64,000 nt of DNA from Gammaproteobacteria bacterium (GTDB lineage: Bacteria; Pseudomonadota; Gammaproteobacteria; Steroidobacterales; JBCCMA01). The notes beneath the pieces are model-generated. The model was given only the letters and a program-made list of their open reading frames with translations. It searched no databases and had not been told where the DNA came from. The position numbers and the translations under genes were made by a program. Of this stretch, positions 1 through 11,367 are shown piece after piece (position 1 is the stretch's first letter; the number at the start of each line of letters is the position of its first letter). The DNA lies in the NCBI GenBank assembly GCA_045106455.1, contig JBGCEL010000021.1:49713-113712 (forward strand), written 5' to 3'.

Positions 1-109
1 TCGTCAGTCGCTCGAAGATGTTTCCCTTACGCAGCTGTGCAATGAGCACACGCTAACCGTTCAATTCTCCCTCGGCGACGGCCTGGCCGTCCGCCCAGCT
101 ACCTCTTAA
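1..109 (+). CDS. 3' end of probable Rrf2/IscR-family SUF regulator (partial)
   Basis: Frame from nt 2 reads RQSLEDVSLTQLC...PATS with TAA at 107-109; the L-x-x-V-S-L-x-x-L pattern fits an Rrf2 C-terminus; lies directly upstream of sufB. Confidence 0.6.
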   Translation, partial: RQSLEDVSLTQLCNEHTLTVQFSLGDGLAVRPATS

Positions 110-127
110 AAGTCTAAGGATCCACCC

Positions 128-1576
128 ATGGCCAGTGCCAACGAAGACGTCGAAAAGCATTTAGAACGCAGCTACGAGCATGGTTTCGTCACTGACATCG
201 AGTCGGACACGTTGCCGCCGGGTTTGAATGAGGACGTCATTCGCGTTATTTCCGCCAAGAAAGACGAACCGGAATTTTTACTGGAGTGGCGCCTCAAAGC
301 GTATCGACGCTGGCTCAAGATGACCCCGCCGGAGTGGGCGCATTTGGGTATCGAGCCGATCGATTATCAGGCCATCTCGTATTTCTCTGCACCGAAGTCC
401 GAAAAAGACAAACCGCAAAGCTTGGATGAGGTGGACCCGAAGCTGCTCGAAACCTACGACAAGCTCGGCATTCCTCTGCACGAGCGCGCGCGACTGGCAG
501 GCGTCGCCGTTGACGCAGTGTTTGACAGCGTCTCGGTCGCCACCACGTTTAAGTCAAAGCTCGCCGAGGCCGGTGTGGTGTTTTGCTCGTTTTCTGAAGC
601 GGTGCATTCTCACCCCGAGCTGATCAAGAAATACTTGGGCAGCGTGGTGCCGCACTACGACAACTACTTCGCAGCGCTTAATTCTGCTGTGTTCACGGAC
701 GGTTCGTTTGTGTACATCCCGAAGGGCGTGCGTTGCCCCATGGAGCTGTCCACCTACTTTCGAATTAATGCGGCCAACACCGGTCAGTTCGAACGCACGC
801 TGATCATTGCCGATGAAGGTAGCCACGTCAGTTACCTTGAAGGCTGCACGGCCCCGATGCGTGATGAAAATCAGCTGCACGCGGCTGTGGTCGAGCTTGT
901 CGCGCTTGACGATGCCGACATCAAATACTCTACCGTCCAAAACTGGTATCCCGGTGATGAAAACGGCGTGGGTGGTATTTACAACTTTGTGACCAAACGC
1001 GGCGAGTGTCGCGGCGCGCGCAGCAAAATATCGTGGACTCAGGTGGAAACGGGTTCGGCCATTACCTGGAAATACCCCAGCTGCGTGTTGCGCGGCGACG
1101 AATCCGTGGGTGAATTTTATTCTGTCGCCGTCACCAACAATTATCAGCAGGCCGACACCGGCACGAAGATGATTCACATCGGGCGTGATACCAAGAGCAC
1201 GATTGTCTCCAAAGGCATTTCGGCCGGACACGCGCAGCAGTCTTACCGCGGACTCGTGAAGGTGCTGCCCACCGCCGACGGCGCGCGCAACTACGCTCAG
1301 TGCGATTCGCTGTTGATGGGCGCGACCTGCGGCGCTCACACGTATCCGTATATCGAAGTCAAAAACAAAAGCGCCAAAGTGGAACACGAAGCGACCACAT
1401 CGAAAATCGGTGAGGATCAGTTGTTTTACTGCCGTCAGCGCGGGTTATCCGAAGAAGATTCGGTCAACCTGATCGTGAACGGTTTTTGCAAAGACGTATT
1501 CAAGGAGCTGCCCATGGAATTTGCCGTGGAAGCGCAGGCTCTACTCAATGTCAGTCTCGAAGGAGCCGTCGGCTAA
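128..1576 (+). CDS. sufB: Fe-S cluster assembly protein SufB
   Basis: 482 aa; [30 protein letters not shown] and KVEHEATTS motifs. Confidence 0.98.
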   Translation: MASANEDVEKHLERSYEHGFVTDIESDTLPPGLNEDVIRVISAKKDEPEFLLEWRLKAYRRWLKMTPPEWAHLGIEPIDYQAISYFSAPKSEKDKPQSLDEVDPKLLETYDKLGIPLHERARLAGVAVDAVFDSVSVATTFKSKLAEAGVVFCSFSEAVHSHPELIKKYLGSVVPHYDNYFAALNSAVFTDGSFVYIPKGVRCPMELSTYFRINAANTGQFERTLIIADEGSHVSYLEGCTAPMRDENQLHAAVVELVALDDADIKYSTVQNWYPGDENGVGGIYNFVTKRGECRGARSKISWTQVETGSAITWKYPSCVLRGDESVGEFYSVAVTNNYQQADTGTKMIHIGRDTKSTIVSKGISAGHAQQSYRGLVKVLPTADGARNYAQCDSLLMGATCGAHTYPYIEVKNKSAKVEHEATTSKIGEDQLFYCRQRGLSEEDSVNLIVNGFCKDVFKELPMEFAVEAQALLNVSLEGAVG

Positions 1577-2337
1577 TGTCATCCCCTCTTCTCAGCGTCA
1601 AAGATCTGCACGTAAGCGTCGGCGACAAGCCCATTTTGAAAGGCCTTGATTTCACGGCCAATGCCGGCGAAGTGCACGCCATCATGGGACCCAACGGTTC
1701 TGGCAAAAGCACACTTGCCGCCATTTTGGCTGGTCGCGATGGTTACGAGGTAACCCGCGGCAGCGTCACCTATAACGGCGAGGACTTACTCGAGCTGGAA
1801 CCCGAAGAGCGTGCACGAGCTGGCGTATTTCTGGCGTTCCAATACCCGGTTGAGATTCCCGGCGTTAATAACGCGTACCTGCTCAAAGCGGCCGTCAACG
1901 CCAAGCGCACGTTTGAGGGCAAACAGGAACTCGACGCGTTTGAGTTCTTGAAATCCGTGAAAGAAAACATGGCGTTCATGGAAATGGACGAAGCGTTTTT
2001 GTCACGCGGCGTCAACGAAGGCTTCTCGGGCGGCGAAAAAAAGCGCAACGAGATCTTGCAAATGCTGATGCTCGAACCGCGTTTGGCCGTACTGGATGAA
2101 ACCGATTCGGGCCTCGATATCGATGCGCTCAAGGTGGTCGCCAAGGGCGTCAATCAGCTGCGCAGCGAAGATCGCGTCATCATTATGGTAACGCACTACC
2201 AGCGGTTGCTCGACTACATCCAACCAGACTTTGTGCACGTGCTGTCAGGTGGCGACATCGTTAAGTCCGGCGACAAGTCGCTGGCGCTCGAACTTGAAGA
2301 GCGTGGCTATGACTGGCTGCGACGGGATATCGCCTGA
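1576..2337 (+). CDS. sufC: Fe-S cluster assembly ATPase SufC
   Basis: Walker A GPNGSGKS, FSGGEKKR signature, LDETDSGLD; ATG at 1576 overlaps the sufB stop (TAATG). Confidence 0.97.
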   Translation: MSSPLLSVKDLHVSVGDKPILKGLDFTANAGEVHAIMGPNGSGKSTLAAILAGRDGYEVTRGSVTYNGEDLLELEPEERARAGVFLAFQYPVEIPGVNNAYLLKAAVNAKRTFEGKQELDAFEFLKSVKENMAFMEMDEAFLSRGVNEGFSGGEKKRNEILQMLMLEPRLAVLDETDSGLDIDALKVVAKGVNQLRSEDRVIIMVTHYQRLLDYIQPDFVHVLSGGDIVKSGDKSLALELEERGYDWLRRDIA

Positions 2338-3614
2338 TGGCCGCAGCCTTGCCCGAAACCCAACCGCTGCTGGACGCACACGCCCGTATGCGCGCCTCCG
2401 ATACCGCTGCACCGACATCGTTAGCGCAACGTCAGAGCAGCGCAATGGAACGCTTTGCGCAGTCCGGCTTCCCCGGCCCACGCGAAGAAGACTGGCGCTA
2501 TACCAACCTGCGTGCGTTTCGCGATGCACCGTTGGTTGCTGCGAATGCCAGCGGCGCGCACGAGACCACGCTGCCCTTCCCCGCGTGGCTGTGGCAAGCC
2601 GATCCGGTGCAGCTTGCGGCGCCGCCAACCGCGCCAGCCGGCGTCACCGCCCTGCGCTTGCGCGATGCACTGGCGGCCAATCACCCCCTGTGCCAGCAAT
2701 TGGGGGTTAGCGGTGCCAACGGTGCATTGATTGATTTGAATGATGCGTTTGCCGCAGACGCCGTACTGCTGTCCATCGACAGCAATACCGAGCTGAGCGA
2801 GCCGTTAATTATTGATTGGCAGCTCGCTACGGATGCGCTGGGTTTGAGCAGCCCGCGACTTCTCATGCACATGGGCGTCAACAGCAAAGCTACGTTAGTC
2901 GAGCGCCGCATTGGACGCGGGGGTTTTAGCAACTCGCTAAGCGAACTGTTGCTCGAAGACGGCGCGCGCATGCAATACATAAGCGTCGCCCGCGACAACG
3001 CGTCAAGTCACGGCCTCACGCGCGTTGACGCCCAGCTGGCACGGGATGCTGCGCTCGATAGCTTTAATCTTTCGCTCGGCGGCACGCTCACCCGTAATGA
3101 CATGAATGTGGCGCTGAATGCGCCCGGTGCGCGCGTTTCATTGTGCGGCACGTTTGTCGCAGGCAAAGGTCAGCACATTGATAACCACACGAGCGTGGAT
3201 CACGTCAGCGAGTTGACGCACAGCGTTGAGAATTACCGCGGCATCATTGGACGCGCGGGCCACGGGGTGTTCAATGGCAAGGTGATCGTGCGCGAAAACG
3301 CACAGAAAATTACCTCGGCTCAAAGTAACGACAACTTGCTGCTGGACGACAGCGCGCAAATTGATACCAAACCCGAGCTACAGATTTACGCCGACGACGT
3401 GCGCTGCTCACACGGTGCCACGGTAGGTCGGCTCGATGAGCAGGCGTTGTTTTATTTGCGCAGCCGCGGACTGGACCCGCAAACGGCACAGCGCCTGCTG
3501 CTCGATGCGTTCGCGCGCAGCACGCTGTCGGGTCTTGAACCCGCCATGGCCGACGCGCTGGGCGACACTTTGACCGAATTTCTTGCCTCACAGGTGAAGG
3601 AGAGCTCGTCATGA
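2337..3614 (+). CDS. sufD: Fe-S cluster assembly protein SufD
   Basis: EDWRYTNL, FNGKVIV, KPELQIYADDVRCSHGAT, LFYLRSRG. Confidence 0.96.
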   Translation: MAAALPETQPLLDAHARMRASDTAAPTSLAQRQSSAMERFAQSGFPGPREEDWRYTNLRAFRDAPLVAANASGAHETTLPFPAWLWQADPVQLAAPPTAPAGVTALRLRDALAANHPLCQQLGVSGANGALIDLNDAFAADAVLLSIDSNTELSEPLIIDWQLATDALGLSSPRLLMHMGVNSKATLVERRIGRGGFSNSLSELLLEDGARMQYISVARDNASSHGLTRVDAQLARDAALDSFNLSLGGTLTRNDMNVALNAPGARVSLCGTFVAGKGQHIDNHTSVDHVSELTHSVENYRGIIGRAGHGVFNGKVIVRENAQKITSAQSNDNLLLDDSAQIDTKPELQIYADDVRCSHGATVGRLDEQALFYLRSRGLDPQTAQRLLLDAFARSTLSGLEPAMADALGDTLTEFLASQVKESSS

Positions 3615-4861
3615 GCACCGCCGCGGAAACCCTGAACCACGCCACGACGTTTGATGTCGAGACGGTGCGCGCGCAGTTCCCTGCCCTGCATCAAGACGTA
3701 CACGGCAAGCCCTTGGTGTACTTGGACAGCGCGGCCTCATCGCAGCGCGCGCAGTCCGTGATCGACGCTGTGGCGGCGTACGATTCCAACGACCACGCGA
3801 ACGTCCACCGCGGCGTGCATGAGCTTAGCCAGCGTGCCACCGACGCGTTTGAGGGGGCCCGACACAAGGTTGCGCAGTTTTTGAATGCGCGGCAGGACAA
3901 CGAAATTATTTTCACGCGCGGCACCACCGAGGCCATTAATCTTGTGGCCCAAAGCTATGGTCGCAGCAACCTCGGTCCCGGCGACGAAGTTCTGATCACA
4001 TGGATGGAGCACCACTCCAACATTGTGCCGTGGCAGATGGTGTGCGAACAGACGGGCGCCACGCTGAAAGTCGCGCGCATCACTCGCGATGGCGAAATAG
4101 ACCTGGATCACCTGTATTCGTTAATGAACGAGCGCACGCGCGTTGTGGGCGTGGTACACGTTTCCAACGCGTTGGGCACGGTCAATCCAGTCAAAGAGAT
4201 TACGCGCAAGGCGCACGAACACGGTGCGGTGGTGTTGGTTGATGGGGCGCAGGCCACGCCACATCTGGCCGTGGACGTGCAGGACATCGACTGCGATTTC
4301 TACGCACTGTCCGGCCATAAAATGTACGGCCCCACCGGCATCGGCGCGCTGTACGGGCGTCATGACCTGCTCAACAAGATGCCGCCATGGCAAGGCGGTG
4401 GCGACATGATTCTGGCCGTGAATTTTGAACGCACGGTGTACAACGAACTACCGTACAAATTTGAGGCCGGCACGCCAAATATTGCCGGCGCCGTCGGCCT
4501 GGGCGCCGCCTGCGACTTTTTGCAGGGCGTGGGCTTTGCGGCCATCGCCGCGCATGAAGCCAGCCTGCTTGAGTATGCCAACCAACGGCTGGCCGCGGAC
4601 GACTTCACGATCATTGGCACGGCCGCGCACAAAAGCGGCGTGGTCTCGTTCACGCTTGGCACGATTCATCCGCACGACATTGGCACCATTGTGGATGGCG
4701 AGGGTGTGGCCATCCGCACAGGTCATCATTGCGCGATGCCGGTCATGGAATTTTTCAATGTGCCGGCAACGTCACGAGCGTCGTTCGGCATTTACACCAA
4801 TCGGTCGGATATTGATCGACTGGTTCTGGCGCTCGATCAGGTACGCGAGGTGCTCGGCTAA
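3611..4861 (+). CDS. sufS: Cysteine desulfurase SufS
   Basis: YLDSAAS, ANVHRG, SGHK PLP lysine, RTGHHCA group II active site. Confidence 0.97.
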   Translation: MSTAAETLNHATTFDVETVRAQFPALHQDVHGKPLVYLDSAASSQRAQSVIDAVAAYDSNDHANVHRGVHELSQRATDAFEGARHKVAQFLNARQDNEIIFTRGTTEAINLVAQSYGRSNLGPGDEVLITWMEHHSNIVPWQMVCEQTGATLKVARITRDGEIDLDHLYSLMNERTRVVGVVHVSNALGTVNPVKEITRKAHEHGAVVLVDGAQATPHLAVDVQDIDCDFYALSGHKMYGPTGIGALYGRHDLLNKMPPWQGGGDMILAVNFERTVYNELPYKFEAGTPNIAGAVGLGAACDFLQGVGFAAIAAHEASLLEYANQRLAADDFTIIGTAAHKSGVVSFTLGTIHPHDIGTIVDGEGVAIRTGHHCAMPVMEFFNVPATSRASFGIYTNRSDIDRLVLALDQVREVLG

Positions 4862-5307
4862 TGGACGTGCAAGATCTGTATAAAGAAGTGATCGTCGACC
4901 ACAATCGCAGCCCGCGCAATTTTCGTCGCATCGAGGCGCCCACGCATCAGGCCGAGGGTTTCAACCCGCTGTGCGGTGACAAGCTGAACCTGTACATGAC
5001 GGTGGATGGCGACACCATCACCGATATTGCGTTTGAGGGCAGCGGCTGCGCTATTTCTGTGGCCTCCGCCTCCATGTTGACCGAAGCGCTCTACGGCCGT
5101 TCGCTCAGCGATGCACACAAGCTGTTCGAACGCATGCGCACCCTGTTTACCGATCAAGGCGACCAGCAGGATCTGGACGCTCTGGGCAAACTGGCCGCCC
5201 TTGGCGGCGTGCGCCAGTATCCATCGCGGATTAAATGCGCCAACTTAAGCTGGCACGCTCTGCACGCCGCGCTCGATGATGCGCAAGACGGCGCCTCAAC
5301 CGAATAA
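4861..5307 (+). CDS. sufU: SUF system NifU/SufU-type sulfur acceptor
   Basis: NPLCGD, GCAIS and RIKCA conserved cysteines; follows sufS. Confidence 0.93.
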   Translation: MDVQDLYKEVIVDHNRSPRNFRRIEAPTHQAEGFNPLCGDKLNLYMTVDGDTITDIAFEGSGCAISVASASMLTEALYGRSLSDAHKLFERMRTLFTDQGDQQDLDALGKLAALGGVRQYPSRIKCANLSWHALHAALDDAQDGASTE

Positions 5308-5344
5308 CTTCTTCACTCTGGCCAAACCCGGAAGCTCAACAACG

Positions 5345-5899
5345 ATGTTTCACCACAATAGCGAACCCTTCACATTACATCGCCTCTGCAATGCTGTACT
5401 GATTCCCTCAGGCGATGCCGTGACGCTGCCCGAAGGCTCAATCGGCTATATCACCCAGGCACTCGGCGGCAGCTTTACGGTCTACATCGAGGGCAGCCTG
5501 TTCCGCATTGCGGGTATCGACGCCGATGCATTAGGCAAAGAACCCGTACCGCCGCCAACACTTGCCGACAACGCCAGTGATGCCGATGTAGAAGACGTCA
5601 TCTGGGCACAAATGCGAACATGTTTTGATCCTGAGATACCCATCAACGTTGTGGACCTTGGCTTGATCTATCGTTGCGACGTTGAAACCAACGATGCCGG
5701 TGAACGCAACGTATCGATCGATATGACGCTGACGGCGCCGGGCTGCGGCATGGGCGACATTTTGGTCGAGGACGTGCGCAGCAAAGTGACCATGATTCCG
5801 ACGGTGGGCTATGTGGCCGTCGATCTGGTGTTTGATCCGCCCTGGGACCGCTCGATGATGTCGCAGGACGCGCAGCTACAAACGGGAATGATGTACTGA
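5345..5899 (+). CDS. sufT: Long-form SufT (DUF59) Fe-S assembly protein
   Basis: ITQALGGSFTV N-terminal extension, DPEIPINVVDLGL, MTLTAPGCGMG, FDPPW; start placed at ATG 5345. Confidence 0.9.
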   Translation: MFHHNSEPFTLHRLCNAVLIPSGDAVTLPEGSIGYITQALGGSFTVYIEGSLFRIAGIDADALGKEPVPPPTLADNASDADVEDVIWAQMRTCFDPEIPINVVDLGLIYRCDVETNDAGERNVSIDMTLTAPGCGMGDILVEDVRSKVTMIPTVGYVAVDLVFDPPWDRSMMSQDAQLQTGMMY

Positions 5900-5900
5900 T

Positions 5901-6392
5901 ATGAAGACGCTGTTGCTAATGCGGCACGCCAAATCGAGCTGGGAAGATGATCGCCTGCCGGACCACAAGCGCCCGCTGAACGATCGAGGTCGACGGGACG
6001 TGCCGACCATGGGTGATCGCCTTGCCAATCGCAATCTGTTTCCAGACATGATTATGTCGAGTCCGGCCGAGCGCGCCAAACACACGGCGTCGATTATTGC
6101 GCCTTACGTCAAAATGCCGGCCTCACGCGTGGTGCTGGCCGACGAGCTGTACATGGCCAACAGCGACATTTTTTTATCGTTGGTGCAGTTGTGCGATAAC
6201 AACGTCGAGACGCTGATGTTGGTGAGTCACAACCCCGGCATCACGCAGTTTGCCTCAACCCTGACCGATGCCGCGATCGAGCACATGCCCACCGCAGCCA
6301 TTTTCATCTGCAAATTTAATGTCAAAGCCTGGCACGAGATCGTGCCAGGCACCGGTCGCTACATTGCGTTTGAATACCCCAAAAAGTACTAG
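5901..6392 (+). CDS. SixA-like histidine phosphatase
   Basis: [30 protein letters not shown]. Confidence 0.9.
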   Translation: MKTLLLMRHAKSSWEDDRLPDHKRPLNDRGRRDVPTMGDRLANRNLFPDMIMSSPAERAKHTASIIAPYVKMPASRVVLADELYMANSDIFLSLVQLCDNNVETLMLVSHNPGITQFASTLTDAAIEHMPTAAIFICKFNVKAWHEIVPGTGRYIAFEYPKKY

Positions 6393-6829
6393 CCGACTTC
6401 GCTGTCTTCGATGACGACGCTTTCCATGACATCACCTTGTTCGATGCTGTCCACCACGTCCTGACCCTCGAGTACCTGACCAAACACCGAGTGTTTGCCA
6501 TCCAGATGCGCGCATTGAACGTGAGTGATGAAAAACTGCGAGCCGTTGGTATTGGGGCCAGCATTGGCCATCGACAGGACACCCGGTCCGGTATGACGCA
6601 GTTCGGGATGAAACTCATCCTCAAACTTGTAGCCTGGCCCGCCGGTGCCGGTCCCCTCAGGACAGCCGCCCTGAATCATGAAATTCGGAATCACGCGGTG
6701 AAACTTGATGCCGTTGTAAAAGCCCTCGTCCACCAGCTTCTGGAAATTAGCGACCGTCTTTGGGGTCTTTTCCGCGTGCAGCTCGATCTTGATCGCGCCT
6801 CGACTGGTGGTAATGGTCGCCGTTTTCAT
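6389..6829 (-). CDS. Cyclophilin-type peptidyl-prolyl isomerase
   Basis: [30 protein letters not shown]. Confidence 0.96.
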   Translation of the reverse strand: MKTATITTSRGAIKIELHAEKTPKTVANFQKLVDEGFYNGIKFHRVIPNFMIQGGCPEGTGTGGPGYKFEDEFHPELRHTGPGVLSMANAGPNTNGSQFFITHVQCAHLDGKHSVFGQVLEGQDVVDSIEQGDVMESVVIEDSEVG

Positions 6830-6910
6830 GCTGTGTTTCCTTTTGATACGTTAATTTCGAGGCAGGCATTGTAAACTGCGCGCACACTCTCGCAAAGGAT
6901 AGCTCACCCC

Positions 6911-8146
6911 GTGCACAAGCCCGCCAACAGTACCCCCTCTTCCTTCATCACCGCGTTTTTCAAATTGGAATCCGCTGGCGGCATTTTGCTGATGGGATCG
7001 GCGGCGCTGGCCATTGTGTTGGCCAATTCTCCGTTGCGGCAATACTACGATTTGTTGCTCTCAACGCCAGTCGCCGTGCAGGTGGGGGCGCTCGTCATCG
7101 ACAAGCCGCTGCTTTTGTGGATCAACGATGGCTTGATGGCCGTGTTCTTTTTCCTGGTGGGCCTCGAGCTAAAACGCGAGCTCACAGAGGGGGAGCTGTC
7201 TGACAAGCGCAACGTCATTTTGCCCGGTGTTGGAGCGATCGGCGGACTGGCGATCCCCGCGCTTATTTACGCGGCATTCAACTACAAAGACCCTGTCGCG
7301 ATTCAGGGCTGGGCGATTCCGGCGGCCACGGATATCGCGTTTGCGCTGGGCATCCTGACGCTGGTGGGCTCCCGTGTGCCGGTGTCAATTAAGGTATTTC
7401 TGACCTCGCTGGCCATCTTTGATGATTTGGCGGCGATCTCCATAGTGGCTATTTTCTATACCGCCAAAATTTCGTTCTCCGCATTGTTGTTTGCCGGCTG
7501 CTGCATTCCGGTGCTGGCCGTTTTGAATCGGCGCAACGTGACCGCCCACAGCCCCTATATCGTGATCGGTTTGATCATGTGGGTGGCCACCCTGAAGTCC
7601 GGCGTCCACGCGACGCTCGCCGGCGTCATCCTCGCGCTGTTTATTCCAATGCGCGATCGGCAGAACCCGGAGTATTCGCCGCTTAAATCACTGGAGCACG
7701 ATCTGCACACCATCGTGGCATTCTTTGTGTTGCCGGTGTTTGCTTTCGCCAATGCCGGTATCAATTTGTCCGGCGTGGGGTTCGACCAGCTCATGCACGG
7801 CGTACCGCTCGGCATTGCTCTGGGCCTCATTGTTGGCAAACAGGTCGGTATTTTTGGTGCTTGCGCACTGGTCATCAAACTCGGACTCACCTCGCTACCA
7901 CGCGGCGTGTCGTGGCTGAGTTTGTACGGTACGACGGCACTGTGTGGTGTCGGTTTCACAATGAGCCTGTTTATTGGCTCGCTGGCGTTTGAGGAAACCG
8001 GCGTGAACCTGCTGTTCGACGAACGCTTGGGGATCATCGTCGGCTCACTGGTCTCAGGTGTGCTTGGCTATGTCGTGTTGCGCGCAAGTCTGCCGGCGCA
8101 GCCGGATGAAGGTGAATCTGCGGCCGGCACGACCACTAGCAACTGA
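6911..8146 (+). CDS. nhaA: Na+/H+ antiporter NhaA
   Basis: [39 protein letters not shown]. Confidence 0.96.
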   Translation: MHKPANSTPSSFITAFFKLESAGGILLMGSAALAIVLANSPLRQYYDLLLSTPVAVQVGALVIDKPLLLWINDGLMAVFFFLVGLELKRELTEGELSDKRNVILPGVGAIGGLAIPALIYAAFNYKDPVAIQGWAIPAATDIAFALGILTLVGSRVPVSIKVFLTSLAIFDDLAAISIVAIFYTAKISFSALLFAGCCIPVLAVLNRRNVTAHSPYIVIGLIMWVATLKSGVHATLAGVILALFIPMRDRQNPEYSPLKSLEHDLHTIVAFFVLPVFAFANAGINLSGVGFDQLMHGVPLGIALGLIVGKQVGIFGACALVIKLGLTSLPRGVSWLSLYGTTALCGVGFTMSLFIGSLAFEETGVNLLFDERLGIIVGSLVSGVLGYVVLRASLPAQPDEGESAAGTTTSN

Positions 8147-9077
8147 ATTCGTCGAGCGTCGCATCGCCCTCGATGATTGAGCCGGCGCGACCGTCGCGAA
8201 TTTGCTTGATGGCACTTTGCAGTCTGCCGCTGATTTTGCGCACGCCCGTGTTTTTGTGCGGATGAATTTCATCCGCCCAGTCCTCCGCCCCGGCCAACGT
8301 GCCACGCAAATCCACGTAGTGAAACAAGCGCTGGGATAGCGCCACTTGACGCAGCATTGCGTTAAATTCATCGATCAGAAGCTTAAGCGCGGGCTGGCGC
8401 GCTTCCTCGGGAATGTGGCGTGCATCGAAGGCCGGTTTGAGCCAGGGCCCGAGCTTAATCAGGCCACCCAGTACTTCCATTCTTCGTCCATCCGGGATCG
8501 GATAATCGTAGCCGTGAATCAGTACACGCGCTTTGGAAAGCCCAGAGGGCTTGAGCACGTCGCCACGAAAGCGCCCCAATCGTTCGGCCATCACGGACAG
8601 TCGCTCGCGATAGGCCGCACAATTGACGACACACCGGGCCACCGCCTGCGGCGTGGTGGCATCCGCGAGGCAGCGCGCCACGTCCGCATCTTCCGTGGGG
8701 TCGCGCAGCAATTGGCGCATTTCGACGCCAAGAATATCGTTGCCACCCGTGCTCAGCAGAACCAGATCGTAGCTCTGATTGCCGAGCCAGTCCGCAAACG
8801 TCGCCAACGCGAAATCGATATTGTCGTTCACGATCGTGTTGCGCAGCTCGGTTGTGGGATTGGCCACTGACAGCACATTAAACGGGCGCCGGCGATTTTC
8901 CGTATGGCGCTTCAGGCTATCAATCAGCGTCGGGCCCTCCCACCCCTCTACAGGTGTGGTGAACCACGAGTCCCCTTCCGCAAGTATGCGATATCGATCC
9001 GGGTTGCGTTTCTGAGCGCCGACAAATGCCTTCACTCGGCGGCGAATCGAAATGAGATTTGCGGTGCTGTTCGCCAT
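8136..9077 (-). CDS. SGNH/GDSL-family hydrolase
   Basis: AEGDSW block I, GGND block III, DEIHP block V. Confidence 0.82.
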   Translation of the reverse strand: MANSTANLISIRRRVKAFVGAQKRNPDRYRILAEGDSWFTTPVEGWEGPTLIDSLKRHTENRRRPFNVLSVANPTTELRNTIVNDNIDFALATFADWLGNQSYDLVLLSTGGNDILGVEMRQLLRDPTEDADVARCLADATTPQAVARCVVNCAAYRERLSVMAERLGRFRGDVLKPSGLSKARVLIHGYDYPIPDGRRMEVLGGLIKLGPWLKPAFDARHIPEEARQPALKLLIDEFNAMLRQVALSQRLFHYVDLRGTLAGAEDWADEIHPHKNTGVRKISGRLQSAIKQIRDGRAGSIIEGDATLDEFSC

Positions 9078-9159
9078 GCTAATTGCCTTGGGTAATGCGC
9101 TGTGTTGCTAATAAATATAGCAGACACGAAACAAATTTCATGAAACGGAGAATAGCGAC

Positions 9160-9174
9160 CTAAGTATTTTCCGA
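9160..9174 (+). promoter_or_regulatory. Candidate FixJ-type binding site upstream of ccoN (CTAAGTATTTTCCGA)
   Basis: Identical 15-mer at 19537-19551; resembles the S. meliloti fixK FixJ site as I recall it (CTAAGTAGTTTCCC). Confidence 0.6.
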
Positions 9175-9265
9175 CGGTCCGTACGGCCATCCCGGATGGG
9201 TCTGCAAAGACTCGGTCCGCACAATAGCGCTCATCCTTATTCCAAGGTCATCGCAGGAGTCTTTC

Positions 9266-10708
9266 ATGGACCTCGCTAATAGTAATAGCGCTAATACCTA
9301 TAACGATCGTGTCGTTCGCCAGTTCGCCATCATGACGGTGGTCTGGGGGATCGTCGGTATGCTTGTTGGCGTTATTATCGCCGCTCAACTTTACTGGCCG
9401 ACGCTTGGGTTTGAATTGCCCTGGCTCAGCTACGGTCGATTGCGGCCACTGCACACCAACGCGGTGATCTTTGCCTTTGGCGGCAGCGCGCTGATTGGCA
9501 CGTCACTGCACGTCGTGCAGCGCACCTGTCATACACGAGTGTTTAGCGACAAGCTCGCGGCATTCGTATTCTGGGGCTGGCAAACGGTCATCGTGTTAGC
9601 CGCGATATCGCTGCCACTGGGTCTGACCCAAAGTAAGGAATACGCCGAACTGATCTGGCCCATCGATGTGTTGATCGCCGTGGTTTGGGTGGCTTACGCC
9701 GTGGTGTTTTTTGGCACCATCGTTAAACGGCAGGTCAAACACATCTACGTTGCGAACTGGTTTTACGGCGCCTTCGTTCTGACCATCGCTGTGCTGCACA
9801 TTGTCAATTCGCTGGCCATCCCAACCTCACTCACCCACTCCTATCCGGTTTATTCCGGCGTCATCGATGCGATGGTGCAGTGGTGGTACGGGCACAACGC
9901 GGTGGGCTTTTTCCTGACCGCCGGCTTCCTCGGCATGATGTATTACTACGTACCGAAGCAGGCTGAACGCCCTATTTATTCCTATCGTTTGTCGGTGGTG
10001 CACTTTTGGGCGCTGATTTCGATCTACATGTGGGCCGGCCCGCATCATCTGCACTACACCTCGGTACCCGATTGGGCCCAGTCACTCGGCATGGTGTTCT
10101 CGCTAATTCTGCTGGCACCAAGTTGGGGCGGCATGATCAACGGCATGATGACCTTGAGCGGCGCGTGGGACAAACTGCGCGACGATCCGGTGCTCAAATT
10201 TATGATCGTCTCGTTGAGCTTCTACGGCATGTCCACCTTCGAAGGTCCGATGATGTCGATCAAGTCGGTCAACGCACTCTCGCACTACACCGACTGGACC
10301 ATCGGTCACGTGCACTCCGGTGCACTTGGCTGGGTTGCGATGATGACCATTGGCTGTATCTACAGCCTGCTGCCGAAACTGTTCGGGCGAGAGCACATGT
10401 ATTCGACCAGCCTGATCAATACGCATTTTTGGGTGATGACCATCGGCATCGTGCTCTACACCGTTTCGATGTGGATCGCTGGGATCACTCAGGGCCTCAT
10501 GTGGCGCGCTACCAACGTGGACGGCACGCTGACCTATACCTTTATTGAATCGTTGGTGGCGACGTACCCCTACTATCTGATGCGTCTGATCGGCGGCATC
10601 ACGGTGCTCGCGGGCATGTTCATCATGGCCTACAACGTGTTCAAGACGGCCCAGAGCGGAGACGCCAAAGAGGTGCCGGTGATGGCACCAGCGGGAGCTA
10701 CGGCATGA
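9266..10708 (+). CDS. ccoN: cbb3-type cytochrome c oxidase subunit I
   Basis: [35 protein letters not shown]. Confidence 0.98.
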   Translation: MDLANSNSANTYNDRVVRQFAIMTVVWGIVGMLVGVIIAAQLYWPTLGFELPWLSYGRLRPLHTNAVIFAFGGSALIGTSLHVVQRTCHTRVFSDKLAAFVFWGWQTVIVLAAISLPLGLTQSKEYAELIWPIDVLIAVVWVAYAVVFFGTIVKRQVKHIYVANWFYGAFVLTIAVLHIVNSLAIPTSLTHSYPVYSGVIDAMVQWWYGHNAVGFFLTAGFLGMMYYYVPKQAERPIYSYRLSVVHFWALISIYMWAGPHHLHYTSVPDWAQSLGMVFSLILLAPSWGGMINGMMTLSGAWDKLRDDPVLKFMIVSLSFYGMSTFEGPMMSIKSVNALSHYTDWTIGHVHSGALGWVAMMTIGCIYSLLPKLFGREHMYSTSLINTHFWVMTIGIVLYTVSMWIAGITQGLMWRATNVDGTLTYTFIESLVATYPYYLMRLIGGITVLAGMFIMAYNVFKTAQSGDAKEVPVMAPAGATA

Positions 10709-11367
10709 AACATGAAATCGTTGAAAAGAACATTGGCTTGATGGGTGTCCTGATTCTGGTCGTGATTAGTATCGCGGGTCTGGTTGAGATTGTGCCGCTG
10801 GTGTCCCAGGCGCAGATCATCGAGCCGGCAGAGGGTATCGAGCCGTATGGCGCGCTCGCATTAGCCGGACGCGACGTCTACGTACGCGAAGGTTGCTACC
10901 TGTGTCACTCACAGCAGATTCGACCTTTTCGTGCAGAAACCCGTCGCTACGGTCACTACTCTCTGGCCGGAGAATCGGTTTACGATCGACCGCATCAGTG
11001 GGGCTCGAAGCGCACCGGGCCGGATTTGGCTCGCGTGGGTGGTCGCTACAGTGACGAGTGGCAGCGCGTTCATCTGATCAATCCGCGTGACGTGGTCCCC
11101 GAATCGAACATGCCGGCCTTCCCGTGGCTGGCAAAGGCATCCGTTGACGCCGACGTCATCGCCGGTCGTATGCGCGCACTGCGCAAGCTTGGCGATCCCT
11201 ATACCGATGCGCAAATCGCGGGCGCGGCCGAGGCGATCGGCGATGCGACGGAGCTTGATGCTCTGATCGCCTATTTGCAGGGGCTTGGCACCAATATTAG
11301 CCGCAACGCCGCCCCGGCCGGCGCCGCCGCGTCCACTGACAGCAACATGAACACCGGAGGCCAGTAA
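10705..11367 (+). CDS. ccoO: cbb3-type cytochrome c oxidase subunit II
   Basis: EGCYLCHSQ heme motif, [20 protein letters not shown]. Confidence 0.97.
   Translation: MKHEIVEKNIGLMGVLILVVISIAGLVEIVPLVSQAQIIEPAEGIEPYGALALAGRDVYVREGCYLCHSQQIRPFRAETRRYGHYSLAGESVYDRPHQWGSKRTGPDLARVGGRYSDEWQRVHLINPRDVVPESNMPAFPWLAKASVDADVIAGRMRALRKLGDPYTDAQIAGAAEAIGDATELDALIAYLQGLGTNISRNAAPAGAAASTDSNMNTGGQ

Noticed and set aside
1486-1575. Upstream extensions of ORF-track calls (sufC here; likewise sufT, kbl, hslR, dctM, PDE, yfjD, kinase)
   Set aside because: They overlap neighbouring genes or promoters; downstream starts fit family N-termini and ribosome binding sites better.
9078-9265. FNR/Anr box upstream of ccoN; palindromes TTTCATGAAA (9136-9145) and CCATCC-C-GGATGG
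   Set aside because: No TTGAT-N4-ATCAA is present; the short palindromes occur once and cannot be assigned to a regulator.
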